From a virus, in the IMG/VR virus record IMGVR_UViG_3300031851_000013, positions 7,616 through 71,615 of that record: 64,000 bases of DNA. The stretch is one strand, 5' to 3'. A model generated the notes under the pieces. It was not told the origin of the DNA and ran no database searches. It saw nothing but the letters and a program-made list of their open reading frames with translations. Below, piece after piece: positions 1 to 10,944 of this stretch (its first letter is position 1; each line of letters starts with the position of its first letter). Made by a program: the position numbers and the translations under genes.

Positions 1-3000
1 TCTTCGGGATCTGAATCAGTATCAAATTCTTCGTCAACGACGGTGCCGTCGTCAGAGATTGGAGCTTCTTTGTCAAGCTGTGAACTTGCATCAGGCTGCT
101 TTGGTGAAATTGAATTTATATATTCAAGAAACATTTCTGAATATTCACCCTCGTAGGATCTCATTTCTTCAATCATCTTCTTGATCATAAACTCAAGAAC
201 GTAATCATCAAGTGTCTCTTCAATAGAGAACGTAGTGAATGCAAAAACTCCACGAAGAAAATAATCTATAACATAAGCTCGGATGGTCATCTGTGCGACC
301 GACTTCAACATAGCTGCTCGCATAGGATCTTGCTTCTTGGCATCTGCGACACCTTCAATCAAAGAACAAAATCCTCCGCCACCTTGAAATTCATCCTTGG
401 CTTGTTTTTTATATTCTTCCACCGTTAAAGGGTGTGGGTCAATATTACAAGCTTTTTCAATCTTTGTGGGCTCTCTTAAAAACACCACCTTTTCTAAATA
501 AGGAGTTGATGTCGGAGTGTCCATACCCGGAACTGTAATATCATGTGACTGAAACAAGGTTGAATTCGCAATGCGCTTGGCAATCATAGATACTACATCA
601 TTGGTGACTTGTGGGTGCACGTATGATGCGTAGTATTTTCTAATTCTACCCAATAGTTCGTCGTCTGAAGTGTTAACACCAGATAAAGCCTCTGACCACA
701 TCTTTTCTGCTTGCCTACCAAACACTTCTGCTTGTGGTGGCATGTGCTTCACCGCACCGGCGTGAAAATACCCACTGATACAATCCCAGTTGTCCTCAAA
801 ACGGGTTCTAATTCTCTCATCTTCCACAAATTCTGTACCAAGCAAAGGAATAAGAATTTCACAAACTGCTTTTGGATCACCCGATGCGGCATCTAAGGAA
901 TTTAATATATCTTGCAAGTTTGTTGGCTTGTCTGGACAGGCTGCAAGTGTGAACATCGGGACGGTAGAAGTTGGGTTACAGGGATCCTCTATCTTTTGTT
1001 CTACAGTTGTAGTTCCACTTTCTTCGTCACAGACTGTCATAAAGTTTTGGAGAGCATATGCTGCATCAAATGGCACAGACGTAGGCTCTTCAAAGACACT
1101 GCCGGTCGCTTCTGGGTATAGTTCTTGGATATAAGCTCTTGCACTGTCATTGACGGGAGCACTAATCTCTCTTCTCAGGGATAAATCTGTAGCCTCCGGA
1201 TCTTCTCCGGGAAAGATTTCAATAACATATTCGTCGTCTACAAGTCTTCCCTTGTCTTCGGAAGTCTGGTATGGAATCTTATATCTAATTCTCCAATCAG
1301 GAATAGTCTGCATGAGACTTTCCCAATCAATGTCGTTTACTTGGACATCTCCCATTCCACCTATGTCACCAAGAGCAGCAAGCTGCTCCTTAAGTTGTTC
1401 TATCGCCATTCTTGTATCTGGATCTGGTGGGAGTACCATTTCATAATAAACCCCCTCGGTGTCAAGTTTTGTAACAAATGCACCTGTACCTTCAAGATTG
1501 TTTAATAGCTTCTGGGTTGTGGTGTTTACTTTTCTTACACCATCTTGGACTTGGATTTTATCTGTTAAATTATTAAATTCTGCGTCGCCGCCATCATAGA
1601 AATCAAATTGCACACCTTGAGCGTTTTGTCTCAATACTTCAGGGTGCCACATATAACCATCTTCCGGCGCAGGCTTTGCCGCTGCAACCTCGGTCGTAAC
1701 ATTTGTATTCGTAATCATCACGTCCTTATAAGATGAAACATCTCTATTGAATGCCATGAAAATTGGTTCAAATACGACATCCATAACCTTATCCATCATA
1801 AAGTCAATTGATTCGTGTTTAAGCTCTATAAGCCCCGGCTTTGGTGAACCGTCTGGGTTTGTGCCACAGAACAGTGGAGGCATTGCATCTTGGAATGGAT
1901 TTGCCCTACCTGATTGCAAATCTGCCAATTTTGTGAGAATATCAGCTAAATCATTAGCTCTTTTTTCTTTTCTCTTTCTCCCACGGTCAAGCTGCTCAAG
2001 GATCTGATCCTCTGTGATGTCGTCGCCCTTGGAGCGAATGCGCTCGGCTTCTGGTGTACCTAAGTCATCAATAGTCGTATCACACAGAGTTCCTACGCCG
2101 TATTTGGTCTGCGGTGCTTTAGCAAGCTGCTCACAGAAGCTACTATCAACCATACGTCCAATAAGAATCATAAAATCTTTGATAGAGGTTTTCGTTTTTA
2201 ATTTATTTTTAAAATTTGGATATTTTCTATTGACAAGTGACCGAACTATTGTTAAAGTTCTAGTAGAGGAGCGACCATACAATAACCTACACAGTTCCGA
2301 GGGTGAAACCAAAAGGGAAATATCTCCCAAGAGAAGACTCAAGTCGGACAACCTGTCAGCCTTATCCTCTTCAGATAAGGGAGCACTAAAAGGACCGCCC
2401 AAGAGACCTGCTGCTGCAAGAACATCTTTTTTCTTCTGATTTGCCAAGGCTATTGCCTCGTCTTGATTCATAGCTGCTGCTTCAGTAGCCTCCTCAATTG
2501 CATCGTTTATATTTGCGACTGTATCCTCGGATTCTTCCTTGCAAAGATCAAGCAAGGACACAACCAAGTCTTTAATCATCGCCACGAAAGCTTGAGTTAG
2601 GGCATCAACAATAGCATTAAAAATTTCCTTTGGGAGATCCGCCATGATGTCCATCGTTGGAAGATCATCAGGAAGCTTAATCGTTGGAATTGTTGGCAAC
2701 GTTAAACAATCTAACCTCAACGGTAGAGGAAGATTCAAATCAATGTCTAGTTTAAAATCTACATTGAAGCAAGCCATAATAGCACCGACTAAATCCATCA
2801 AGGAGATTTTATTTAATACTACCTCAAAGACATCATCCAACTCATTAATCTTAGACATTTGATTATTAATATCGGACAAGAGTGGCTCACCGACGAAATC
2901 AACAGTAGCCTTTGCCTCTTTACGAATGCTCTTTCTAATATCCGCAGACCCAAAAATTAAATCCTCTTTCAGCTTATCTTTGGCACTCTTAAGAGACTTT

Positions 3001-4826
3001 CCTTTGCGGATAATACCATTAGCCAGACCCTTAACACTGACGTTTTCAAAACAACTGTCTCCGGCTGTCTCGGGTGGGCTAACTTTCTTATCAACCTTGT
3101 CTGCTGCGGTCTGACCAGATGAAGAAGGGTTTTCCTCATTGCCCATTCCAGATACATCAGATACAGAATCGGCGGCGGAAGCCGACGGAAAAATTTCTAC
3201 CAATTCATAGTCTGTAAACCTGCCTACGAACTCAATCCAATCCATATTCTCGTCTACGGCTTGCTCCATATCCCACAGGTAGAACAAATATCTAATTGAT
3301 CTTTGTGAGTCAGCAGGCTCACTATCTTTAAACGCATCCCAACCAGCAGGCATTGCTTTATAAAAGCCCGATGCATTTTGAGATGCATATGTAGGGATAA
3401 AGTCTTGATTCATTCCAAGCTCAATTGAGTGTGCTCCTTCCTTCGGGGCACTATTGGCGGATAACAATGTGTTAAACGACTCAATGAACTTCTCAAAACG
3501 ATCTGCTTCTTTTCTAAAATCTAAATTCTTAACTTCTCCGTCAAAGTTATCTACCTGTGTAGCGTATGTTCGCATACCTTCAGAGACTCGTTTTACTCTA
3601 TCTTTATAGGAGGCAGAAGGATCAAGATATAAAATGGTTTGTCTTGTTGTTCCCTTTCTAACGTCGGACTTTTCACTGTATACTTCGCCAGTAAATACCT
3701 GTCCTTCTTCGGACTGGATGATAGGATTTTGAGCCTCCAGATGATTTACGTATTTGATTGGGAGAGTTACGAGAACTCTCATGTTCTCTCCGGGTCTATC
3801 AGACACATAATAATCTTCTGCTCTAATCGCAGCTACTGCTTCACAGATGGTGGATGCATATTCATCAGTGTTGTTTTTACCCAGTTCAGATAAAATAACT
3901 TTGGTCGCAGGGATGCGAACTTCTAGCATCCTATTATGTAATTCTGCTCCACCCGTAGATGCGTGTGAGGTTTCATAAGGAACGCACCATTTACCTACAC
4001 TCTTATCCTCGTAAGCTTTATTTAATTCTTTTGTTGTCCAATCAGGAGAAATATTAAATGGTGAATCATAAGGCGACTCACAGTCATACTCAAGATATAC
4101 TTCTTCACAATCTGGAACCTCTTCTGTAAATTTGTTGTACACATATCCAATAGAGGAGCCGTGTTTAATGTAATGCCACTCACACTGATATCCGACACCG
4201 GGATCTAAGACGGTGAAACCAGATGAGTTCTCAAGCATTTCAATAAGTTCACCTTTCTTATCCTCGTCTTGGGTCGCAATTTCAGATACAGACACAGAGC
4301 TTGGTTCCTTGCGGAATGCTAATCTACTTCCTGAAGTTTTAACCTTGTGCGTCGTGACTGTTGGTGGCTCTGGCAATTCAGGAGTCGTTGTCAAAGACTC
4401 TGTTGGCTCTGTTTCTTCTGGTTGCGGGGTTGCCGGAGGTTCCGAAGGTGTTTCGTCCGGAGTTGCCTCTGGCTCTACAGGTATTTCTTCTGGGGAGTGT
4501 GTTCCACCGTTTTTGATTTTTAATATTGCTGCGTCTCGCTGGCTACCTGTACGACAGACTTGTGGATATCGGGCACAATAAGCATCACGGTCTTCAGCAG
4601 AAACAATAAAATTAAAACCATTGACAGAATAGCTTCCGGGAGTTGGTGCCAACGACTTCTCACCGGAGAAAGATTCTATACCCAGTTCAACCTCACCGAG
4701 CACTACTTTGTGGATATTTTCCTGAACAACGCTGTTTGCGGAGTAATCATATCCATACTGTGAAGCCCAGTAATCTTTATAATTTGTGTCTTCGTATTGA
4801 AGATCTTGTTTAGTTAAATATGCCAT
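1..4826 (-). CDS. Large virion-type protein (>1600 aa, runs off the window) with N-terminal SH3b-like domain and Pro/Thr/Glu linker
   Basis: Absent from ORF track because its stop lies beyond position 1. ATG at 4826 (MAYLTKQDLQYEDTNY); same frame is open in segments spot-checked down to position 1. Segment THKVKTSGSRLAFRKEPS...ELIEMLENSSGFTVL...EWHYIKHGSSIGYV resembles bacterial SH3. Confidence 0.75.
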   Translation of the reverse strand, partial: MAYLTKQDLQYEDTNYKDYWASQYGYDYSANSVVQENIHKVVLGEVELGIESFSGEKSLAPTPGSYSVNGFNFIVSAEDRDAYCARYPQVCRTGSQRDAAILKIKNGGTHSPEEIPVEPEATPDETPSEPPATPQPEETEPTESLTTTPELPEPPTVTTHKVKTSGSRLAFRKEPSSVSVSEIATQDEDKKGELIEMLENSSGFTVLDPGVGYQCEWHYIKHGSSIGYVYNKFTEEVPDCEEVYLEYDCESPYDSPFNISPDWTTKELNKAYEDKSVGKWCVPYETSHASTGGAELHNRMLEVRIPATKVILSELGKNNTDEYASTICEAVAAIRAEDYYVSDRPGENMRVLVTLPIKYVNHLEAQNPIIQSEEGQVFTGEVYSEKSDVRKGTTRQTILYLDPSASYKDRVKRVSEGMRTYATQVDNFDGEVKNLDFRKEADRFEKFIESFNTLLSANSAPKEGAHSIELGMNQDFIPTYASQNASGFYKAMPAGWDAFKDSEPADSQRSIRYLFYLWDMEQAVDENMDWIEFVGRFTDYELVEIFPSASAADSVSDVSGMGNEENPSSSGQTAADKVDKKVSPPETAGDSCFENVSVKGLANGIIRKGKSLKSAKDKLKEDLIFGSADIRKSIRKEAKATVDFVGEPLLSDINNQMSKINELDDVFEVVLNKISLMDLVGAIMACFNVDFKLDIDLNLPLPLRLDCLTLPTIPTIKLPDDLPTMDIMADLPKEIFNAIVDALTQAFVAMIKDLVVSLLDLCKEESEDTVANINDAIEEATEAAAMNQDEAIALANQKKKDVLAAAGLLGGPFSAPLSEEDKADRLSDLSLLLGDISLLVSPSELCRLLYGRSSTRTLTIVRSLVNRKYPNFKNKLKTKTSIKDFMILIGRMVDSSFCEQLAKAPQTKYGVGTLCDTTIDDLGTPEAERIRSKGDDITEDQILEQLDRGRKRKEKRANDLADILTKLADLQSGRANPFQDAMPPLFCGTNPDGSPKPGLIELKHESIDFMMDKVMDVVFEPIFMAFNRDVSSYKDVMITNTNVTTEVAAAKPAPEDGYMWHPEVLRQNAQGVQFDFYDGGDAEFNNLTDKIQVQDGVRKVNTTTQKLLNNLEGTGAFVTKLDTEGVYYEMVLPPDPDTRMAIEQLKEQLAALGDIGGMGDVQVNDIDWESLMQTIPDWRIRYKIPYQTSEDKGRLVDDEYVIEIFPGEDPEATDLSLRREISAPVNDSARAYIQELYPEATGSVFEEPTSVPFDAAYALQNFMTVCDEESGTTTVEQKIEDPCNPTSTVPMFTLAACPDKPTNLQDILNSLDAASGDPKAVCEILIPLLGTEFVEDERIRTRFEDNWDCISGYFHAGAVKHMPPQAEVFGRQAEKMWSEALSGVNTSDDELLGRIRKYYASYVHPQVTNDVVSMIAKRIANSTLFQSHDITVPGMDTPTSTPYLEKVVFLREPTKIEKACNIDPHPLTVEEYKKQAKDEFQGGGGFCSLIEGVADAKKQDPMRAAMLKSVAQMTIRAYVIDYFLRGVFAFTTFSIEETLDDYVLEFMIKKMIEEMRSYEGEYSEMFLEYINSISPKQPDASSQLDKEAPISDDGTVVDEEFDTDSDPE

Positions 4827-4840
4827 ATGCCCTTTTCACC

Positions 4841-5788
4841 TTAATTCACATTATTATATCTTGAGCAAATCCAGTCCGGGCTGTGCCCTGCTGTTATATA
4901 ATTTGCCTTGAACGTTTGCAAGTTGATCTTGTTCATCACCAGAGAAACCTTTGTCTGCACCAGATGATTAATCATAGTTGAAATCCCTGTAGGGATTAAA
5001 GGTATTGATGGAGAAGTCGGTATACCAAAGAGTGGAGACTGATGGAAGTGAGTTGTGAGGACTGCATTAAACTGCATTTGAATCATCAGCATATTATCAA
5101 CAATGCCGTTGAGCTTATCAACATGGCTTACCAACTGCTGCATTGCAGCGACCATCTTCTTACCCTTAACGATTGGTTCAAGACCGGAATCATCATTACC
5201 AGCGATTAAATCAACCCCGTACACAGAAGCACTCTTGCTTCCTTGTGAGTTTTCTGGATCTGTTCTTGTTACTAATTTTATCCCTTCTCTACCGATAATT
5301 CTAACCGCATCAGCTTTAATACCAATTGCAGATTTTGCCTTTGATCTGGGGATTGAACCGGGAACTAAATTAAAATTCGTATCAATATCTGTTTTTTGAC
5401 TTAAATGGATTCTCGCTGAATCTCTCATGAAGTCAGGGTCGCACATCATACGAGTACCTTCTTCCGGATGCCCCTCCGGATATCTTTCTCCCGCTCTGCG
5501 TCCCATTCTGCCGACAACAAGATCAATAGATCCTGCGTGTGTATGACCCTTACCTCCGTACCCCGAGGCTCTACTGCCGGGTCTATCTCTGCCCAAGACC
5601 AACCAGTTGTTGTTGCCGCCCTTAATAACGTGTTCACACCCACCATTGATATATTGAGGCACACCTTCACGCATAGCTTCACACAAGATACCACTAGCAT
5701 CAGTTGCCGTTGGCTCCGCATTCTCAATTCTTTGACGTACAGCCGGATCAACCGTACTTATGTTTATGCCTTCTACTCTATCTGCCAT
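4841..5788 (-). CDS. Conserved phage protein, probably baseplate/spike associated
   Basis: 315 aa ORF, Gly-rich beta-strand repeats and C-terminal THFH; lies directly after the hydrolase-bearing hub gene. Confidence 0.55.
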   Translation of the reverse strand: MADRVEGINISTVDPAVRQRIENAEPTATDASGILCEAMREGVPQYINGGCEHVIKGGNNNWLVLGRDRPGSRASGYGGKGHTHAGSIDLVVGRMGRRAGERYPEGHPEEGTRMMCDPDFMRDSARIHLSQKTDIDTNFNLVPGSIPRSKAKSAIGIKADAVRIIGREGIKLVTRTDPENSQGSKSASVYGVDLIAGNDDSGLEPIVKGKKMVAAMQQLVSHVDKLNGIVDNMLMIQMQFNAVLTTHFHQSPLFGIPTSPSIPLIPTGISTMINHLVQTKVSLVMNKINLQTFKANYITAGHSPDWICSRYNNVN

Positions 5789-5798
5789 CTTTCATCTC

Positions 5799-8700
5799 CT
5801 AGCAAGGGCTCCAAGGTACATCTACACTTCTACCAGAGAAGCCTAAATTCCTATAAACCCTGCGCCTATGTTTTGCAACGGGAGAGCAATTAAAGGCTCG
5901 GTCGCTGTGTATTGATTTCATCGTTGCTTCCCAAGTATGACCTGCACTAATGTTACCGGAGTACTGAAAGTGCCACCATTCTGAACCCATCGTGTTTCTG
6001 GAACAGTTTTGAAAATAAGACGTTCTGCCGCCGATTGGTTTAAAGTTAAAAGCTCTCATAAGTTGGGTTAAGTTAATAAAGTTTCCTGTTGTTGGTCTAA
6101 CAACCGGTTGTCCGTTTGTACCTCTCGGACAAACTCTCGCATCCAATGTTAATCTTTCTACTCGGTGACCCTCAAATTCGGTTCCCGGCTCTTTATCTGA
6201 ACGTGCCCAAACCACCCACATTCTGTTTCCGGGGTATCCCCCTTCGGGGTCATATGTGATCACGAACTCACATTCATCGGGATTTGAGGTTGGATACAGA
6301 CTGCCTGCGTGTGTATAAATATCGTACGCTAAATATGTATAGTGAAACGAAGTAGTGCTTCTATTGGTGTTGCTAGGATCATAATTACCAAGACCACGAC
6401 CTGTACCACCATTTGGCAAAATGCCGCCCAGTTCATTAACGACTCTCTTCACTCCTATCATGTCATTCGCAGCATCTTCTCGCAAGGAAGCCTTGGTACC
6501 TCCGTTGCCAGCGCAAAAGTCTGTACGGATAGCATCAAATTGTATTCTAACCTTGTTTGCCTTTGGTTCTGTTAATGGAACGCCGTCGCCCTGATAAGCA
6601 GGGTTTGGTGTGGATGGACCGCCAGAGTGACCTCCTCCTCCACCGCCGCCTCCGGAACCTCCGGAGCCGCCACGACCGCCTGCGCCACGAGAGCCACCTG
6701 CGGAACACCCACCTCTTGCTGCTGGAGTTGGTCCACCTGTCCCAACTTGCCCAGTGGGTGGTGATGTATTTGGTTGGGCTGATGTGTTTCCTGATGACAC
6801 TGTTGTATCCGCTGGCTGTTCAGAAGGAGATGATTCACTCGGTGGCTGTGGGTGTACCGCCGTGGATCCTTCCGGTAGATTACCACCGGTTGTTGGAGCC
6901 GGTGAGGTTCCCTCTGTAGCTTCCTGCACAGCCTGCTGAATTCCGTCTTCTGCCGGTGCTGGTGTCGGTTGCGGGTTTGTTCTAACAACCTCTGTTGATG
7001 CTTCACCTGTTTCCGGGTTTATTGCTTCACTAATGTCTCCGCTCATAACGGGTGCAGATGAAATTGGTTCAGAACTAGAACCTTCTGCTGATGCCGATTC
7101 CACAGATTCGGTAGCTGCTTCGGTTTGTTCTGACCACCCCTCTGGCTGGAGTTGGGCATACAATGTTGGAGCGAGCTTTTTTGCAATATCCGGGGTCCAC
7201 GGAACTAATGGTCTTCCATTTGCGTGTGGGATGTTGTGCTGAACACATAAAGCCTCGCAAGACTCCCAAGCTCTTCTCATCTCTTCCGTCTCGTATAAAA
7301 AGACTCCATAATTGCCCCTAACACGAGAGTGCCACTCGTGGAACAATTTAGTTTTAACGCCGGAACTTCCAGACGCTTCTACGGTTCTTAGTAGCCCTCC
7401 CGGACCAGAAAAAATTGTAACAATATGAGTAGATGCATGTGGTTGACCGTGTGGTCTTCTTCTTGGAGTAACAGAAGATGTTGCACTTGGAATTTGTTTT
7501 GCTTCAGTGATGCTCGTCCTGCGACCCATTAATATTAAATCACCGGGCATGGCAGGAGCGTGTGACGAATCAGATCCCCATTCTATGTTTGGATCAGTCG
7601 TTTCATTATTAATCGTAACCAAGCACCTACCCAATCCTCTTCGGTAAGACGCATAAGCACTGTGCATTGGAGACCCAACCAAACCGTTTCCAAAATAATC
7701 ACGAGTCCAGCGACCAGAAATACCACGGTTCTTCATAGCCTCGCCCCAAAGGGCAGGACTGCCGTATTCAACTGCGTGCCACGGTAAATCAATTCGTGAG
7801 CCAGCAGGGATAACGTCGGCAGCGGTGTTGTTTCCCTCTGATTTAAACCCCTTACCAGTCCATCCTTGAAACCTGTTGTTCTGTAAACCATTAAGATTAG
7901 AATCTGAACTCATCATCAGTTCAACCATGCTTCTGGATAGGTGTGTGAACCCAGAACAGTCAATACCGCCACGCTCATGCATCCAATGTTTACAGCCCCA
8001 TCCATAAGGTCTTCCGACCTGATCTTCAGCTACAAGCCTCTGTGCTAATAGAATTCTCTCTAAATAATTCTCCATGTGGTTAACACAACCAATACCGATG
8101 CGTCCTGAAACGCTCACACTTCTACCGCCTCGTTCAACATACCTAACAAATTGTTCACGATACATATGTGGTCTTCCGTTGTCGGAACCAGAGCGAACTG
8201 GGTATGTTGGAGTTTGAGTCTGAAAACAGTTCTCACAATTTGCTGATGTTGACCCTCTAAAACTTCTCTGTGGGGGTATTGTTCTACTTCTCTTCGGATG
8301 AGAAATACAAACACGTTCTTGTTCTGATAACGGTGCATACGCTAAGTTTGGAAACTGCAAGTGAACAGATTCTGCGTTGGTTGCAGCAAGCTGTTGGTAT
8401 TCTCTATTAAATTCTAATGCTTCGCCAGATGCAGGGTTCGGACCTGTTGTGTTTCCACCAAAGACCGAAGCCACTGCACCACGTACAGCGTTAGCCACGG
8501 CTCCTAAGACACCGCCGACGGAACCAGTGGCTGCGTCACGAGCACATGTACTATCACCCGGTTGGGGGCTCGGTTCAGAGAAAACCTTTCCAATATAATA
8601 AGGATCTTCAAACGTCTCGTTATTTCCAAAATTTACCCAAACGAGGTCGCCAGCCTCGGCATCTTCAGTAGCCGAGTCACGAGCAATGAATGTTGGGTAC

Positions 8701-9125
8701 ATTCCTATTTTTTTATATTCAGGATCATCGCCGCCGCCATCAATGTATGGCAAATACTTCTCAACTCTGGGCAAGTCTATGTGTAATTCGGGAATATAAA
8801 CTTTAAATTGCTTTAGAGGATAAGGCATCTGTTCTTGGTTTTCACCTTCTGCCGTATCATAAAAATAACTACTCAACCACGAATCTCTTGGAAGCATTTC
8901 TGGTGCCTCTCCCGTGATTTCAGGGAGCTTCATTAAAACAATTCCACGATACGGACCTGTGCCGGACCTTGCGTTTGGGGTATAAGCCTTCATTGCCGCA
9001 TTTTTAATTGCACGCATAGAACCACCGACCGCAAGGTCTGGTGCTCCAGATGTCGGTGAAGGACGAACTCCGGGGTTCAATACCCCGTACCCTATCTTTT
9101 TAGCTTCTCCATCAGTTAAACTCAT
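5799..9125 (-). CDS. Baseplate hub-like protein with NlpC/P60 domain and C-terminal peptidase M15 domain
   Basis: PYGWG...GGIDCSGF (NlpC/P60 Cys motif); SFHYTYLAYD + SEWWHFQY (M15 SxH/D/ExxH); N-terminal GDLVWVNF...PYYIG resembles gp5 OB fold; long Pro/Ser/Thr/Gly linker. Confidence 0.75.
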   Translation of the reverse strand: MSLTDGEAKKIGYGVLNPGVRPSPTSGAPDLAVGGSMRAIKNAAMKAYTPNARSGTGPYRGIVLMKLPEITGEAPEMLPRDSWLSSYFYDTAEGENQEQMPYPLKQFKVYIPELHIDLPRVEKYLPYIDGGGDDPEYKKIGMYPTFIARDSATEDAEAGDLVWVNFGNNETFEDPYYIGKVFSEPSPQPGDSTCARDAATGSVGGVLGAVANAVRGAVASVFGGNTTGPNPASGEALEFNREYQQLAATNAESVHLQFPNLAYAPLSEQERVCISHPKRSRTIPPQRSFRGSTSANCENCFQTQTPTYPVRSGSDNGRPHMYREQFVRYVERGGRSVSVSGRIGIGCVNHMENYLERILLAQRLVAEDQVGRPYGWGCKHWMHERGGIDCSGFTHLSRSMVELMMSSDSNLNGLQNNRFQGWTGKGFKSEGNNTAADVIPAGSRIDLPWHAVEYGSPALWGEAMKNRGISGRWTRDYFGNGLVGSPMHSAYASYRRGLGRCLVTINNETTDPNIEWGSDSSHAPAMPGDLILMGRRTSITEAKQIPSATSSVTPRRRPHGQPHASTHIVTIFSGPGGLLRTVEASGSSGVKTKLFHEWHSRVRGNYGVFLYETEEMRRAWESCEALCVQHNIPHANGRPLVPWTPDIAKKLAPTLYAQLQPEGWSEQTEAATESVESASAEGSSSEPISSAPVMSGDISEAINPETGEASTEVVRTNPQPTPAPAEDGIQQAVQEATEGTSPAPTTGGNLPEGSTAVHPQPPSESSPSEQPADTTVSSGNTSAQPNTSPPTGQVGTGGPTPAARGGCSAGGSRGAGGRGGSGGSGGGGGGGGHSGGPSTPNPAYQGDGVPLTEPKANKVRIQFDAIRTDFCAGNGGTKASLREDAANDMIGVKRVVNELGGILPNGGTGRGLGNYDPSNTNRSTTSFHYTYLAYDIYTHAGSLYPTSNPDECEFVITYDPEGGYPGNRMWVVWARSDKEPGTEFEGHRVERLTLDARVCPRGTNGQPVVRPTTGNFINLTQLMRAFNFKPIGGRTSYFQNCSRNTMGSEWWHFQYSGNISAGHTWEATMKSIHSDRAFNCSPVAKHRRRVYRNLGFSGRSVDVPWSPC

Positions 9126-9135
9126 TCATTCTTTG

Positions 9136-9435
9136 TCAACCGTCCTTGGGCTGATCGCCTCCCTTGATAATGTCATAAATTTCTTCTTTAAGATCAGAAG
9201 AAATCTCTGCTTTTGAGTCACTATCACGGTTGACAATTGAGGTGATTTTAACTAACTGTTCATTAGAACGCTGAAGCGTTTCTAAATACTTAGCAGCAAT
9301 CAGACCAACCGATTGGTGGTCTGATTGCCCAGTCATATTAGTAATAAGATCTGTCAGAAGTTTAGAAGCGAGTGCACGATCATCACGAATGTTATTTGTC
9401 GCCTCATCAACATACGCTTTTAATTTTTTATCCAC
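9136..9435 (-). CDS. Hypothetical helical protein
   Basis: 99 aa ORF in operon with SD-like GGAG. Confidence 0.7.
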   Translation of the reverse strand: MDKKLKAYVDEATNNIRDDRALASKLLTDLITNMTGQSDHQSVGLIAAKYLETLQRSNEQLVKITSIVNRDSDSKAEISSDLKEEIYDIIKGGDQPKDG

Positions 9436-9453
9436 TCTCTTCTCCCCGCTGTT

Positions 9454-10188
9454 TTATAGGTTACCTTCATTCCAATCAGACATAAAGACTCTATATTTTA
9501 CTCTTAATTTGTTTAGATTGTTAACCACCTGTTTTGTATTCAACCCTGTTAACTCTCTTATGTACAAATAAATAGCTTTCTTGTTGAAAATTTCAATATC
9601 ATCTGGGTTTTCCATCAAAACACAAATTGCTTTATAGACCTTTTCTTCATTAGCCTTCATCGGCATCCTACCCCAGTCCTTTATTTCACCCCAAAGGGCG
9701 TTCCAGAACTCATTTTCTTCACGAGCTTTGAGATATGGGTTTAGGGTGGACATGTGCTTTTCTTCAATAGATTTTGGTAATTCATCAAAAGTAATTTCTT
9801 TTTTATTACGGTAAGAGTTTTTCTTAACCTTGTGAATAAACCAATTTTTTGTAATAACACTAAAATATGAAAAAGCTTTAGAGCCCTTATCGGGATTAAA
9901 CTTATCCAGAATAGTGGTTAACCACACTTTACACTCATCCTTTAGGTCGTCCACGTTTGGCAGAGTCGTAAATTTATAAGTGTAAACAATTTTGTCAACC
10001 ATTTCGTTGAAAACGGGCTGAATAAAGTCTCTATAGAGCACTTCCCTCTCTGCCTTATCCAATGCTTTTGTGTAAGCAACGATAGCGTCTTCATGTTCTT
10101 GCCTGAAATAGTGCTTCCCACTACCACGTCTTCTTCGTCTCCGAACTTTCTTTTTTGGGATTTCGGCTGCGACTGTTTTATCCGACAT
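9454..10188 (-). CDS. T4 gp55-like (late) RNA polymerase sigma factor
   Basis: HYF near N-terminus and KFNPDKGSKAFSYFSVITKN region-2 motif, similar to gp55-type phage sigmas. Confidence 0.7.
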   Translation of the reverse strand: MSDKTVAAEIPKKKVRRRRRRGSGKHYFRQEHEDAIVAYTKALDKAEREVLYRDFIQPVFNEMVDKIVYTYKFTTLPNVDDLKDECKVWLTTILDKFNPDKGSKAFSYFSVITKNWFIHKVKKNSYRNKKEITFDELPKSIEEKHMSTLNPYLKAREENEFWNALWGEIKDWGRMPMKANEEKVYKAICVLMENPDDIEIFNKKAIYLYIRELTGLNTKQVVNNLNKLRVKYRVFMSDWNEGNL

Positions 10189-10501
10189 TTTCTTGTTCCT
10201 CTTCTTCTAATATGTCTTCAATAAAGCTCACGCTGGATACTTTATCTTGTAGAGAATCTGATAAATTCCCTGTGTGTTCAAGAAGACCTCGGAGTGTCTC
10301 GTCACCATAAAACGTTTCCATTTCATAAACAGTCTTGAGATGTTCTGAAAACTCCTCAATTTCAGTTATTGTTTCTTTTTGTAGTTCTGTTAGTAAAGTC
10401 ATTTTAACCAACAATTTTCTAACGTACCACACCATCACGCCTGCGGTTGCTAATGAACCCAAGGCGAGCAGAACTAATGCAACATCTATAGCAATATTCA
10501 C
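10178..10501 (-). CDS. Membrane-anchored coiled-coil protein
   Basis: N-terminal hydrophobic helix followed by acidic coiled coil. Confidence 0.65.
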   Translation of the reverse strand: MNIAIDVALVLLALGSLATAGVMVWYVRKLLVKMTLLTELQKETITEIEEFSEHLKTVYEMETFYGDETLRGLLEHTGNLSDSLQDKVSSVSFIEDILEEEEQENVG

Positions 10502-10746
10502 GGTTTGTACTCCTTTGAAGTATTCTTCTTTTCTTCTTTAATTTCTCGCCTCGCCTCTTCTATTGATGCTTTAACAATAGAACCGGTTGCGGCTTTCTTT
10601 TCTTGATTGTCATAACGAACGTGAGGTAGAATACGAACCAAAGATTCTTCTCCGCACTCGGGACACTCTTCTACAGTGTGCCCCATTGAATGACGAACTT
10701 TATATTCGTATTTACACTCTTCACACTCGTAATGATACCTTGGCAT
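10498..10746 (-). CDS. FmdB-family zinc-ribbon protein
   Basis: MPRYHYECEEC...CPECG. Confidence 0.8.
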   Translation of the reverse strand: MPRYHYECEECKYEYKVRHSMGHTVEECPECGEESLVRILPHVRYDNQEKKAATGSIVKASIEEARREIKEEKKNTSKEYKP

Positions 10747-10944
10747 TTAATCTTCGTCCACTTCAGTAATAACTGTGCCGACCGATGATGTTCGGACGGA
10801 TGGTGGATTTGCGACTACCAACTCTGCCCCATCAGTAGGCTCAAACTTAAACGCTCGGAGCACAGGAACGATATCCGTTTGTTCCATAAGGCTGTTTTGT
10901 AACGCCATCATAATGGCACCCATAGCTTGATCTGACAATTTCAT
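10747..10944 (-). CDS. Hypothetical protein
   Basis: 65 aa ORF, translationally coupled to neighbours. Confidence 0.65.
   Translation of the reverse strand: MKLSDQAMGAIMMALQNSLMEQTDIVPVLRAFKFEPTDGAELVVANPPSVRTSSVGTVITEVDED

Noticed and set aside
711-4763. Many plus-strand ORFs in the track
   Set aside because: Antisense shadows of the long minus-strand ORF ending beyond position 1; the same applies to most plus-strand ORFs in the window.
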